A stretch of DNA of 55,114 bases from a candidate division WOR-3 bacterium (GTDB lineage: Bacteria > Hydrothermota > Tepidihabitantia > Tepidihabitantales > Tepidihabitantaceae). A program made the translations under genes and the position numbers. The DNA lies in NCBI GenBank assembly GCA_037441285.1, contig JBBISL010000014.1, forward strand, positions 1 through 55,114, read 5' to 3'. The notes under the pieces were generated by a model. It made no database searches. It was not told the origin of the DNA and saw nothing but the letters and a program-made list of their open reading frames with translations. Shown here one piece after another: positions 1 through 8,525 of this stretch. Position 1 is the first letter of the stretch, and every line of letters begins with the position of its first letter.

Positions 1-1
1 A

Positions 2-865
2 CTGGCAGATGTTTTCGGGAATTTTGTAAATCGGGTAGCGGTGTTCATCAAAAATAATTACGGTGGCAGAGTTCCGAGCGCTCCGGGAATTGATGAACCA
101 GCCGAAGAAGTGTTGACCGCACTTAGTAAAGCAACCCAAGAGATTGGTCAATTAATTGAGTCGTTTCAGATTAAGGATGCGATACGATTACTGATGACCT
201 TGCCGGCATTGGGGAATCGCTATTTTGACCACGAGATGCCCTGGCGGACATTCAAGGAAAATCGCGCTCGCTGTGACCGAACGATAAATGTTTGTACCCG
301 ACTGGTATCGGCGCTGGAAATTTTGACCTTCCCGTTTATGCCCGAGACGAGCAGAAAAATCGGACGAATGCTTGGTCTTGGAAAAAGGTCCTGGAATGAT
401 GCAGCGAATCCAGCGGTTCCCGGAGAGTTAACCGAACCAGTTGAGATTCTGTTTGAGAAACTGGATGATGCGATTGTCATTCAGGAAAGAGCCCGTCTGG
501 GCGCAGGGTCGGTAAATGAAACAGAAACAAAGGAGGAGAAGGGGATGATAACAATTGACGATTTTAAAAAGGTCGAGTTGCGGGTTGCCCGGGTTGTCAG
601 TGCCGAGCGTGTTGTCGGTACAACGAAATTAATAAAGATGATGATTGACCTGGGAAATGACCAACGCCAGATTGTTGCCGGAATTGGTGAAGCGTATCAA
701 CCCGAGGAGTTGATTGGCCGTAATATTGTTGTGGTTGCTAATCTCCAGCCGGCACGAATCCGCGGGGTTGAGTCAAACGGTATGCTACTGGCGGCGGTTG
801 ATGGGTCGAAAGTTACACTTGTTACCATTGACCAGGAGGTTACTCCAGGTGCTTTAGTTTCATAG
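2..865 (+). CDS. metG: Methionyl-tRNA synthetase, C-terminal part (anticodon-binding plus tRNA-binding OB domain); 5' truncated by window edge
   Basis: Frame open from position 2 (LADVFGNFVNR); NRYFDHEMPW, PFMPETS, ITIDDFKKVELRVA...RQIVAGI...NLQPARIRGVESNGMLLAA. Confidence 0.95.
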   Translation: MADVFGNFVNRVAVFIKNNYGGRVPSAPGIDEPAEEVLTALSKATQEIGQLIESFQIKDAIRLLMTLPALGNRYFDHEMPWRTFKENRARCDRTINVCTRLVSALEILTFPFMPETSRKIGRMLGLGKRSWNDAANPAVPGELTEPVEILFEKLDDAIVIQERARLGAGSVNETETKEEKGMITIDDFKKVELRVARVVSAERVVGTTKLIKMMIDLGNDQRQIVAGIGEAYQPEELIGRNIVVVANLQPARIRGVESNGMLLAAVDGSKVTLVTIDQEVTPGALVS

Positions 866-869
866 TGTT

Positions 870-1670
870 ATGCCGCGCCGAAGTAAAGAAAACCCCGATG
901 GTCTTGTGATTTTTGATTCGCACTGTCACTTAACTGATAACCAGTTTGTCGCCGATTTAAGCGATGTTCTGCGTCGTGCGAGACAGGCTGGTGTAAGGGA
1001 GATGTTGACGGTTAGTATGAATGTCCCGGACAGTCAGGAGGCGATAGAGTTGTGTCGAGGACGAGAAGGGCTATATTGCACAGTGGGTATTCATCCTCAT
1101 GAGGCAGATTCTTTCCGGAGTATGGATATTCAAAGTTTGAAAAATATGTGCATTGAACCGCAGGTCAAGGCGATTGGCGAAACCGGGCTGGATTTCTTTA
1201 GAGGATTTTCCACTCGAGCGAATCAAGAGACGGCATTTCGAGCCCAAATTGAACTTGCCCGGATGCTCAATCTGCCTCTGGTAATTCATATTCGGGATGC
1301 AGCGCAGACGGCGATGGCGGTGCTTGAAGAACACGGATATTTCCAGGGTGTTTTACACTGCTTCTCCGAAGGGAGGAAATTTGCAGAGTGGGCGGTGGAA
1401 AAAGGTTTTTATATTTCGTTTTCGGGAACTTTGACCTATGGCGATAAGAAATTGATTGATGTTGCCCGGGCGATTCCTCAGGACCGCATACTCATAGAAA
1501 CCGATGCGCCTTATTTAGTGCCGGAACCAGAAAGAGGTCCAGGTAAGCGCAATGAGCCAGCGTTAATTAGGCTGACGGTTAAAGCATTAGGTGATATTCT
1601 TGGCCTTACACCGATTGAAGTCGCCCGGGTTACCCGCAGTAACGCCCGAAGATGTTTTCAGATAGGGTAA
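870..1670 (+). CDS. tatD: TatD family deoxyribonuclease
   Basis: DSHCHL, GIHPH, AIGETGLD, HCFS, ETDAPYL, RNEP motifs; usual metG-tatD-rsmA order. Confidence 0.95.
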   Translation: MPRRSKENPDGLVIFDSHCHLTDNQFVADLSDVLRRARQAGVREMLTVSMNVPDSQEAIELCRGREGLYCTVGIHPHEADSFRSMDIQSLKNMCIEPQVKAIGETGLDFFRGFSTRANQETAFRAQIELARMLNLPLVIHIRDAAQTAMAVLEEHGYFQGVLHCFSEGRKFAEWAVEKGFYISFSGTLTYGDKKLIDVARAIPQDRILIETDAPYLVPEPERGPGKRNEPALIRLTVKALGDILGLTPIEVARVTRSNARRCFQIG

Positions 1671-1701
1671 ATTACAGTAGTTATTCTGGTAGGTAGCGGC
1701 T

Positions 1702-2490
1702 ATCCGACCAAGAAAATCTTTAGGTCAGGTTTTTTTAACTCACACTAAAACCGCGGATGCAATTGTTGAGGCACTTGAGCCTGAAGCAGGGGAGACAGTT
1801 CTGGAAATTGGGCCCGGGAAAGGGATTTTAACGCAGCGTTTGGTAGACAAGGGGTGTCGGGTCATCGGCGTCGAAATTGACCCACGGTTAGTGCATTTGC
1901 TCAAAATGACGATCGGGGATAGTCCGAATTTGACGGTGGTAACTGATGACTTCCTGCGGTTTGATATGGGGCACTTTTTTGGGATAAAAATAATTGGCAA
2001 TCTCCCGTACTATCTATCATCAGAAATTCTTTTGAAACTTCTGGAAAACTCTTCGGTATGGGTTCGTGCGGTGCTTACGACCCAACGTGAGTTCGCAGAA
2101 CGGGTTTTGGGAAAGCCGGGAACAAAGCATTATTGCGCCCTGAGCGTAATCTGTTCTTATTTATGTTCAGGTCGTCGGTTATTCAATATCCCACCAAGGT
2201 TTTTTAAGCCCAGTCCCGGGGTAATCTCAACGACATTTGTTTTGACCAGGCGTTCACCACCAATTTCCCTTTCGGATGATAAATGGTTTTATCAGGTGGT
2301 TCAAGCCGCGTTTAGCCCCCAGCGGCGCAAAACCGTTTTAAATAACATATGTGTAAATCTCAATCTGAAAAAAGAACAGGCAATTAAAATCTTTTCCCGA
2401 ATTAACCTCGACCAGAAAGTTCGGGCAGAAGAGATGAGTCTGGAGCAGTTTGGGTCATTGAGTGAGGCACTGAGGACGGTTTGCAAGTAG
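1702..2490 (+). CDS. rsmA: 16S rRNA m6,2A dimethyltransferase RsmA/KsgA; start codon non-canonical and uncertain (ATC 1702 or GTA 1693)
   Basis: Frame is open upstream of the tracked ORF: RPRKSLGQVFL, VLEIGPGKG, VEID, GNLPY, QREFAER, QRRKTV; in-frame TAG at 1690. Confidence 0.9.
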   Translation: MRPRKSLGQVFLTHTKTADAIVEALEPEAGETVLEIGPGKGILTQRLVDKGCRVIGVEIDPRLVHLLKMTIGDSPNLTVVTDDFLRFDMGHFFGIKIIGNLPYYLSSEILLKLLENSSVWVRAVLTTQREFAERVLGKPGTKHYCALSVICSYLCSGRRLFNIPPRFFKPSPGVISTTFVLTRRSPPISLSDDKWFYQVVQAAFSPQRRKTVLNNICVNLNLKKEQAIKIFSRINLDQKVRAEEMSLEQFGSLSEALRTVCK

Positions 2491-3618
2491 TTCGTAGTAG
2501 TAATCAAGGGTTTTTCGGGCGATTACGGGCCAGTCATAGCGCCGAACAGTTTCGAAACCTGCGGAGACCAATCGGCTTCTAAGTTCCGGGTCAGTAAGGA
2601 CTTTTACCACTGATTGAGAAAGTGTTTCGATATCGTTCGGGGGGAACAGGATGCCGTTAACATTGTGTTGAACCGTTTCGTTGTAGCCGGGGATATTGGA
2701 GGCAACAACCGGTGTGCCGCACGCCATCGCTTCAAGGAGTACGATGCCCTGTGTTTCTCCGCCCAGTGTCGGTGCGCAGTACACATCACAGTTCTGGTAG
2801 TAAAAAGGCAGCTCTTTCCGGTGCACGGCACCGACCAGTTGTACTATCTCGGTTAATCTTAACTCCTTGATTATCTGACGACATTTTTTTCCCATTATAC
2901 CGGTACCAACAACTGTAAGGCGGATGTTGGGTACCGACTTTTGAATCAAAGGTAAAGCCCGGAGGAGGATGTCTATTCCTTTTCTTTTGTCAAGGCGGCC
3001 GAGAAATAGTATTGTTGGCGGGCGATTGGTTTTATTTTGATGGGTTGGGGGGCGGAAATGATTAAGGTCGATTCCCGAGGGAATGATGCGATATTCACCA
3101 GGAATGTACGGTTCAATTGCGGCGCGGGCGCGTTGCGATATGGCAATTTTGCCGTGGATTTTTTTTATCTGATTACGGAAGAGCAATTGAAAAAGAGAGC
3201 TGCCAAAGCGGTGCAGGCGAAACCCGGCGGTGAGAAAGGTTATTAAATTTATGCTCCGGCTGTAGCGTAAAGCCCAGTAGGAGATTTCGGGCCAAAAAAC
3301 ACCTTGGCAGTGGACAATGTCAAACTCATTAGACTCGAGAAAGTGCGCGATCTGAGAAGGAAGTTTTAAACCCACCGGCAGGGTGGCATAGGAACGGTTA
3401 AGGGGCACAAGGACCGCCCGGCCAAAGCGGTGTACCGGAATTTCCTCTGGGATTTCGCTGGCAAGATAGCCGAATTGCGGAAATCTTGTGGTTAGAATAG
3501 AAACTTCGTGTCCCGCCCTTTTTAAATTCAAAGCAAGGTTGTGAGTGTGTTCGCTGACGCCCGAGGGATAAGGTCGATAGGCGGCAGAAACAAGTAGGAT
3601 TCGGAGTCGACGATTCAT
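2455..3618 (-). CDS. GT4 glycosyltransferase, PimA-like
   Basis: SGVSEH, FLGRLDKRKG, APTLGGETQGIVLLEAMACG, SNIPGY. Confidence 0.88.
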   Translation of the reverse strand: MNRRLRILLVSAAYRPYPSGVSEHTHNLALNLKRAGHEVSILTTRFPQFGYLASEIPEEIPVHRFGRAVLVPLNRSYATLPVGLKLPSQIAHFLESNEFDIVHCQGVFWPEISYWALRYSRSINLITFLTAGFRLHRFGSSLFQLLFRNQIKKIHGKIAISQRARAAIEPYIPGEYRIIPSGIDLNHFRPPTHQNKTNRPPTILFLGRLDKRKGIDILLRALPLIQKSVPNIRLTVVGTGIMGKKCRQIIKELRLTEIVQLVGAVHRKELPFYYQNCDVYCAPTLGGETQGIVLLEAMACGTPVVASNIPGYNETVQHNVNGILFPPNDIETLSQSVVKVLTDPELRSRLVSAGFETVRRYDWPVIARKTLDYYYELLANRPQCLTQ

Positions 3619-4730
3619 TTACTCAGCGCTTCCTCATAAACCTGCTCGACCTGCCGGGCGACTTTTTTCCAATCGAAGTCTGCAGCTCGAGCCAATGCCG
3701 CGCGGGCTAATTCTTCTCTTAATTTGGGCGAATCTATGACAGTGAGAATTGCTTGAGCGAGTGATTGATGTTCGCCTCGGGGGATAAGGATGCCATTTAC
3801 ACCGTTTGTGACAATTTCGTTATAACCTGGGATATCAGACGCAATGACCGGTCTACCGCAGGCAAGGGCTTCAACCAGGACGATTCCCATTGCCTCATTA
3901 CCTATTGTCGGTGCGACATATACCGTGGCACTGGTGTAATAACCGGGAAGCAGGTCGTTGGGGATGGCACCAGTAAAAATAACTGATGAGGCAACATTCA
4001 AACGAATAGTCAGTTTTTGGTAATAGCTTTGCAGTGGCCCGTAACCAACAACCACCAGTTTGGTTTTGGGGTGTCGCTTGACGATTTCCGGTAAAGCCAA
4101 AATGAGCGTCTCCAGTCCTTTTCGTTTTTCCAGGCGGCCAACAAATAAAATAATAGGGGGGTTTTCGTTTAAGAGCGGCGGGATGTTAGGATTAAAGCGC
4201 TCAAGGTCAACGCCATTGGGGATTATTCGAAAATCGCCGGTAAAAAATCTCTTTGCCCAGAGTTGACTTCCTTTCGATACTGCAATCTTTATTTTTATTT
4301 TGTTATCAATTTTTCTCAGAAAAAATGCGACCGCTTTACAGATGGTGTTTGGTAATTCTGGAGTAACGGTGTGAAATGTTACCACAAGAGGACTTTTCGT
4401 GTAGAGTGCCGCCCAGTATGCCAGTTCGGGCGGAAATATCCCGTGGCAGTGAACGATGTCAAACTTATTGGTGGAAAAAAAGATTCGCGTGGCTAAAGGA
4501 AGTTTGAATCCGAATGGCAAAGTGAATTGGCCCCGGGCAAAGGGTAAAAGTAACCCTCTGCCCAGTCTTGTGGCGGGGAACGAACCATTGTCAGGAAACG
4601 ATGTGTAACTGGTGGTTAAGATGTGTACGGAATGTCCGAAATTTTGCAGTTGCTGTGCCAGGTGGTGTACATGTTCACCAACGCCCGAGATGTAAGGTCG
4701 ATAGGCACTGGAAACGAGGCAGATGCGCAT
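3615..4730 (-). CDS. GT4 glycosyltransferase, PimA-like (paralog of the neighbouring gene)
   Basis: Start re-assigned to ATG 4730 (MRICLVS), just after the dut stop; IPNGVD, GRLEKRKG, EAMGIVLVEALACG. Confidence 0.88.
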   Translation of the reverse strand: MRICLVSSAYRPYISGVGEHVHHLAQQLQNFGHSVHILTTSYTSFPDNGSFPATRLGRGLLLPFARGQFTLPFGFKLPLATRIFFSTNKFDIVHCHGIFPPELAYWAALYTKSPLVVTFHTVTPELPNTICKAVAFFLRKIDNKIKIKIAVSKGSQLWAKRFFTGDFRIIPNGVDLERFNPNIPPLLNENPPIILFVGRLEKRKGLETLILALPEIVKRHPKTKLVVVGYGPLQSYYQKLTIRLNVASSVIFTGAIPNDLLPGYYTSATVYVAPTIGNEAMGIVLVEALACGRPVIASDIPGYNEIVTNGVNGILIPRGEHQSLAQAILTVIDSPKLREELARAALARAADFDWKKVARQVEQVYEEALSK

Positions 4731-4731
4731 T

Positions 4732-5169
4732 TTACCGTCCGGTATGCCCAAAACCCCCTTGTCCTCGTTTCGTGGGTGTGAGCGATTGATTTTCTTCAAA
4801 TTCAACTTCAACCGTCCTGCTAAATACGATTTGCGCAATCCGGTCTTTGGGTTTTATTTCAAAGTCGACATCTGAGAAGTTGAAGAGAATGACGCTAACT
4901 TCTCCTCGGTAATCAGGGTCAATTGTCCCTGGGCTGTTTAATACACCGATTCCGTGGCGGAGGGCAAGTCCGGACCGGGCACGAACCTGTCCTTCAACAC
5001 CTCGGGGCAGTTCTATGGCAATGCCGGTACGGACTACTCCGAAACTGCGGGCTTTGATGATTGTGGCTTCGGCAGCGTAAAGGTCAACGCCAACCGAGTC
5101 TGGTGTTGCCCGCGAGGGTAAAGGGATGTCTTTTTTTAATCGTAAAATCCGAATTTTGATTTTTTTCAT
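4732..5169 (-). CDS. dut: dUTP diphosphatase
   Basis: GVDL, RARSGLA, GTIDPDYRGE, DRIAQ, RGQGGFGHTG; start MKKIK at 5169. Confidence 0.96.
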   Translation of the reverse strand: MKKIKIRILRLKKDIPLPSRATPDSVGVDLYAAEATIIKARSFGVVRTGIAIELPRGVEGQVRARSGLALRHGIGVLNSPGTIDPDYRGEVSVILFNFSDVDFEIKPKDRIAQIVFSRTVEVEFEENQSLTPTKRGQGGFGHTGR

Positions 5170-6041
5170 TGCCAGCCGGCGTTGAACACGAGCCACTGCT
5201 CGGGATATTGGAAAATAACCTGGTTGAGTTTCTGCGCGATGATTTGCGTCAAGGAAACAATATCAGCGTCAAGGTCACCCGTAGGATTGAACTCAATGGG
5301 GCCGGATATTACGCCGAGATATGGTGGTCGATTTTTGGTACGTTGCCGGACGAAATAACCTATTACAATTGGGATATTGTAACGCAGCGAATAAACGGCT
5401 GGGCCTTTGGGAAAAGAGCGTTTGGCATCAAAAGCAGGACAGATGATACCCCGTCCTGTAAGGTCGCGGTCGGCAACCAGCGCCAGAATGCGTTTTTTTT
5501 CAAGAGCTTGAATAATGCGATGGCGTTCTGGAATCGGAATTGTTTCCATCGCCAGAGCCTTGCGGTAACGATTAAAGGTTTTCATCCAGCCACCGGGCAC
5601 CGGTTCTACTACCGCAGAAAGAGGATAGCCAAGGGCGGTTAGAAATACTCCGGCAAGGTCCCAGTTGCCAATGTGACCGGTAACGAGAATTGCGCCCTTG
5701 CCTCTGGACAAGACTCGGTCAAATTGTTTCCGATCAAGTTCCCCAAGGAGTGGGGTTCGTTTTTTCAACACGGGAATACGAAGAAGGTCGGCGTAAAAAA
5801 TCGCCATATTTTCAAAAGCCTCACAGGCGGTTTGCAAAATCTTTTTTTCTGTAGCGTCGGGACCCAAAATATGGCGATAGTTTTCAATCAGCCGCAGCCG
5901 CTGGCGGTTGTTTAACCGAAAGGCGAGTTTCCCCAAAAGCAGAGCGATTCGGACCACTAAAAAACGGGGCAACATAAATTGAATAAGTGTTCCTAGAGGC
6001 ATCAACCAGGTTACTGCAGCTTTACGGTTTCTTCTTTTCAT
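5166..6041 (-). CDS. Lipid A lauroyl / PIM (PatA-like) lysophospholipid acyltransferase family
   Basis: GHIGNWD (H-x4-D), LVADRD, YPEQW; start probably ATG 6041. Confidence 0.85.
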   Translation of the reverse strand: MKRRNRKAAVTWLMPLGTLIQFMLPRFLVVRIALLLGKLAFRLNNRQRLRLIENYRHILGPDATEKKILQTACEAFENMAIFYADLLRIPVLKKRTPLLGELDRKQFDRVLSRGKGAILVTGHIGNWDLAGVFLTALGYPLSAVVEPVPGGWMKTFNRYRKALAMETIPIPERHRIIQALEKKRILALVADRDLTGRGIICPAFDAKRSFPKGPAVYSLRYNIPIVIGYFVRQRTKNRPPYLGVISGPIEFNPTGDLDADIVSLTQIIAQKLNQVIFQYPEQWLVFNAGWQ

Positions 6042-6495
6042 ACCAGGAGCCGAACTTGTCCGAAGCTGATTTTGCCAGTTTGTCCGTAGTTTTGTTCTCG
6101 TCCCGCGGAACAAATACAATTTGCACTTCGAGCAAGGTGTTAAGAAGTCCAACTGCCTGTCGGTAAAGTGGCTTCAGATTTTCATCCCGGACCCGATACT
6201 CGCCTTTTAACTGGCGATAAACAAGTTCTGAGTCGGTTTTTATCACCACCGGTTGATTGGGGCAAAGGGAGCGGATTTCCTTTAAGGCAGTGATGAGTGC
6301 TTCGTACTCTGCCTGATTGTTGGTCTTTATTCCGATAAAACGGCTAATTTCTTTCAGTACGCTCTGGTCCGGTCTCAATATTCTTATTCCGATTCCTGCT
6401 GGTCCTGGGTTATAACGTGCTGAACCGTCTACTTCCACCAGATAAGGTGCCGGCGAACTTTCGGGTAATTTGCGATTTTTGGGGTCTGAGGTCAA
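6022..6495 (-). CDS. rnhA: Ribonuclease HI family
   Basis: VDGSARYNPGPAGIG, TNNQAEYEAL, DSELV, VPRDENKTTDKLA. Confidence 0.9.
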   Translation of the reverse strand: MTSDPKNRKLPESSPAPYLVEVDGSARYNPGPAGIGIRILRPDQSVLKEISRFIGIKTNNQAEYEALITALKEIRSLCPNQPVVIKTDSELVYRQLKGEYRVRDENLKPLYRQAVGLLNTLLEVQIVFVPRDENKTTDKLAKSASDKFGSWYEKKKP

Positions 6496-7220
6496 TTTTT
6501 TTTAGACTGAGAGTCCAGCTGGGCAGGAAGTAATATTCTGCCACAGGCTTCACAAAGGTAGAGTTTATTCTGCTTTTCAATTTCGAGTATGCGTTGGGGT
6601 GGGATTGGACTGAGGCATCCATTACAACGTTCGTTTTCGGTAGTGGTTACTGCCAATCCGCCTTTACTTTTGCGAATTCTCTCGTAACGCTGTAAAAGTT
6701 CTGGAGGCAGCGAGCGGGCAATTTCCTGGCGTTTGTTTTCCCTTTCAGAAATTGCCTTTTGCAGTTCGTTTTTTTCCCCTTGCAGTGCCTCGATTTTTTT
6801 CATCGTCTGGCTTTCGTTTTCGGCAACATTCTTTTCTAAGGCTTTTATTTCTTTTTCGAGCACTTCAAGTTCTTCCATGAGGACAATCATCTTGTCTTCG
6901 ATCTCCGTTTTAATGCGCTTTTGAGTTTCAATTTCCTTTAAAAATGCCTTGTATTGCTCATTGGTTTTTGCCGAATACAACTGAACCGAATAGCTGGCGA
7001 TTTTTTCCTCCGCGGCGCGCAGGTCAACCTCGGCAAGTTTGTACTGTTTTTTGTGTTCCACAACACCCTGCTTGCGGGATTCGAGGGCTTTTTTATATTC
7101 GTCTACCTGCCGGTGGAGTTCTTCAATGCTTTTGGGGATTTCCTTTAGCCTTTCGTTCAGGCTCTTAAGTTCCGTATCTATTTCCTGCAATGTCCGCAGA
7201 AGGAGAAAGTTCTCTTTCAT
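6492..7220 (-). CDS. Coiled-coil protein with C4 zinc ribbon (DUF164/CT398-like)
   Basis: LQEID at N-terminus, long coiled coil, YERIR, CNGC...CEACGRIL. Confidence 0.9.
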   Translation of the reverse strand: MKENFLLLRTLQEIDTELKSLNERLKEIPKSIEELHRQVDEYKKALESRKQGVVEHKKQYKLAEVDLRAAEEKIASYSVQLYSAKTNEQYKAFLKEIETQKRIKTEIEDKMIVLMEELEVLEKEIKALEKNVAENESQTMKKIEALQGEKNELQKAISERENKRQEIARSLPPELLQRYERIRKSKGGLAVTTTENERCNGCLSPIPPQRILEIEKQNKLYLCEACGRILLPAQLDSQSKKN

Positions 7221-7248
7221 TGGTGATTGGATTTATTTAAGATAAAAA

Positions 7249-7324
<76 letters not shown>

Positions 7325-7353
7325 GATTGTGGTTGAACAGTTCAAGTTAATTT

Positions 7354-7381
7354 AATATATAAATTCTTATTCTGTTGTCAA
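7354..7381 (-). promoter_or_regulatory. sigma70-type promoter of the tRNA-Val operon
   Basis: TTGACA-N16-TATATT on the minus strand. Confidence 0.7.
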
Positions 7382-7802
7382 GAAATCAAATTTGGTGCTG
7401 GAAATCGCAATCAAGTGAGAACTTCAACTGAACTTGCAAACCATCTCACTGGTAAACAGTTAAGTGTCCTTTAACCAATTAAAGTCAAAAAGGGTGTTTA
7501 AATGGGCAGGCTTGCGGTGGTATCCAAGAAATATGTTTATATTAGAGCCGAAAATGGTAGTTAGCGCCGCCCCGGGCATTACAGGTTTGCTTCCAAGAAA
7601 CAGGATTGAAGCGGTGTATAGTTCATAACCATTTTATTTCTCAATGAGATGGACCGTAAAACCGCATTGGTAACCGTGTTTAAAGCGTTGATAAAGATGG
7701 CACAAATTACAAATCAACAAAGGGTGTTAAGGGCTATCCCCGGAACTGTATCCGGACAGGGGAGGTAGTGGAAACTACTTTTATGTTAACCCCTGGTCTC
7801 TC

Positions 7803-7831
7803 TTGCATTTAAAGATTATATGTGGTAATAT
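7803..7831 (+). promoter_or_regulatory. sigma70-type promoter with extended -10 (probably leaderless transcript)
   Basis: TTGCAT-N17-TAATAT with TGn; ATG 7 nt downstream. Confidence 0.6.
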
Positions 7832-7838
7832 TTTAAGA

Positions 7839-8453
7839 ATGGTTCCAGAGGCGTGCAGTTACTGTGGTCGGCACCGACCCAATCGGTTCTGTCCGGTTCT
7901 CACTAAACCGCTGTGTTCTCAGTGTTGCGGTAGAAATCGGCGGAAATTGATAGAATGTGCTGATGATTGCCGGTATTTACTGGAAAGTCGCCGGCAGGCA
8001 CTAAAAAAACTGATAAATTTGAGTGGTGACGGTGCATTTGAACTGAAGATGTTCCCGGTTTTGCACGACTTTCGGTTCGCTTTAGTAAAATTTCGTGAAG
8101 GTCAAAAAGATTCGATATCGGATGACGAGGTTATTGCAGCGATTGGCAATGCGATAGAGACTCTAAGGGTCCGTGTGCGCGGACTTATCTACAACTTTCA
8201 TTCTACAAACCCTATTATCCAGCGGGCAACAGATGTGTTACTTGGCATCGCTGAACTGTATCAGAATGATGACAGGCCGAATATGAGGATAGCACCGGAA
8301 GATTTAGTTACCGGTTTGAGGTATCTGGAGAAACAGATTACCGGCATTAAGGAAAAGGGGAGCAGTTTCTGGGACCTGACAAGAGAAACTGTTGGTATGC
8401 GTCTGATTGTAAAAACTCCTGAGAAGGGAGATAGTAAAATTTTAAAACCTTGA
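7839..8453 (+). CDS. Hypothetical protein with Cys-rich, probably Zn-binding N-terminus
   Basis: CSYC-x8-CP-x5-LCSQCC-x9-CADDC; ATG 7839 preferred over TTG 7803, which is the -35 box. Confidence 0.75.
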   Translation: MVPEACSYCGRHRPNRFCPVLTKPLCSQCCGRNRRKLIECADDCRYLLESRRQALKKLINLSGDGAFELKMFPVLHDFRFALVKFREGQKDSISDDEVIAAIGNAIETLRVRVRGLIYNFHSTNPIIQRATDVLLGIAELYQNDDRPNMRIAPEDLVTGLRYLEKQITGIKEKGSSFWDLTRETVGMRLIVKTPEKGDSKILKP

Positions 8454-8525
8454 CTTCAAGGTTGAAGTTGCTATATACCTGAAACGACCCGAGATTCTGA
8501 TGAGTCTATTGTATACAAAGGAAGT

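Noticed and set aside
1671..1692. Stop-codon read-through or tatD-rsmA fusion explaining the missing rsmA start
   Set aside because: Two in-frame TAGs (1678, 1690), tatD ends in a different frame, and no slippery site is evident.
1702..2490. rsmA as a pseudogene
   Set aside because: All catalytic motifs are intact in one uninterrupted frame.
7333..7345. TTGAAC-A-GTTCAA palindrome in the tRNA-Val leader as a LexA-like operator
   Set aside because: Spacing does not match GAAC-N4-GTTC; more likely a small leader hairpin or chance.
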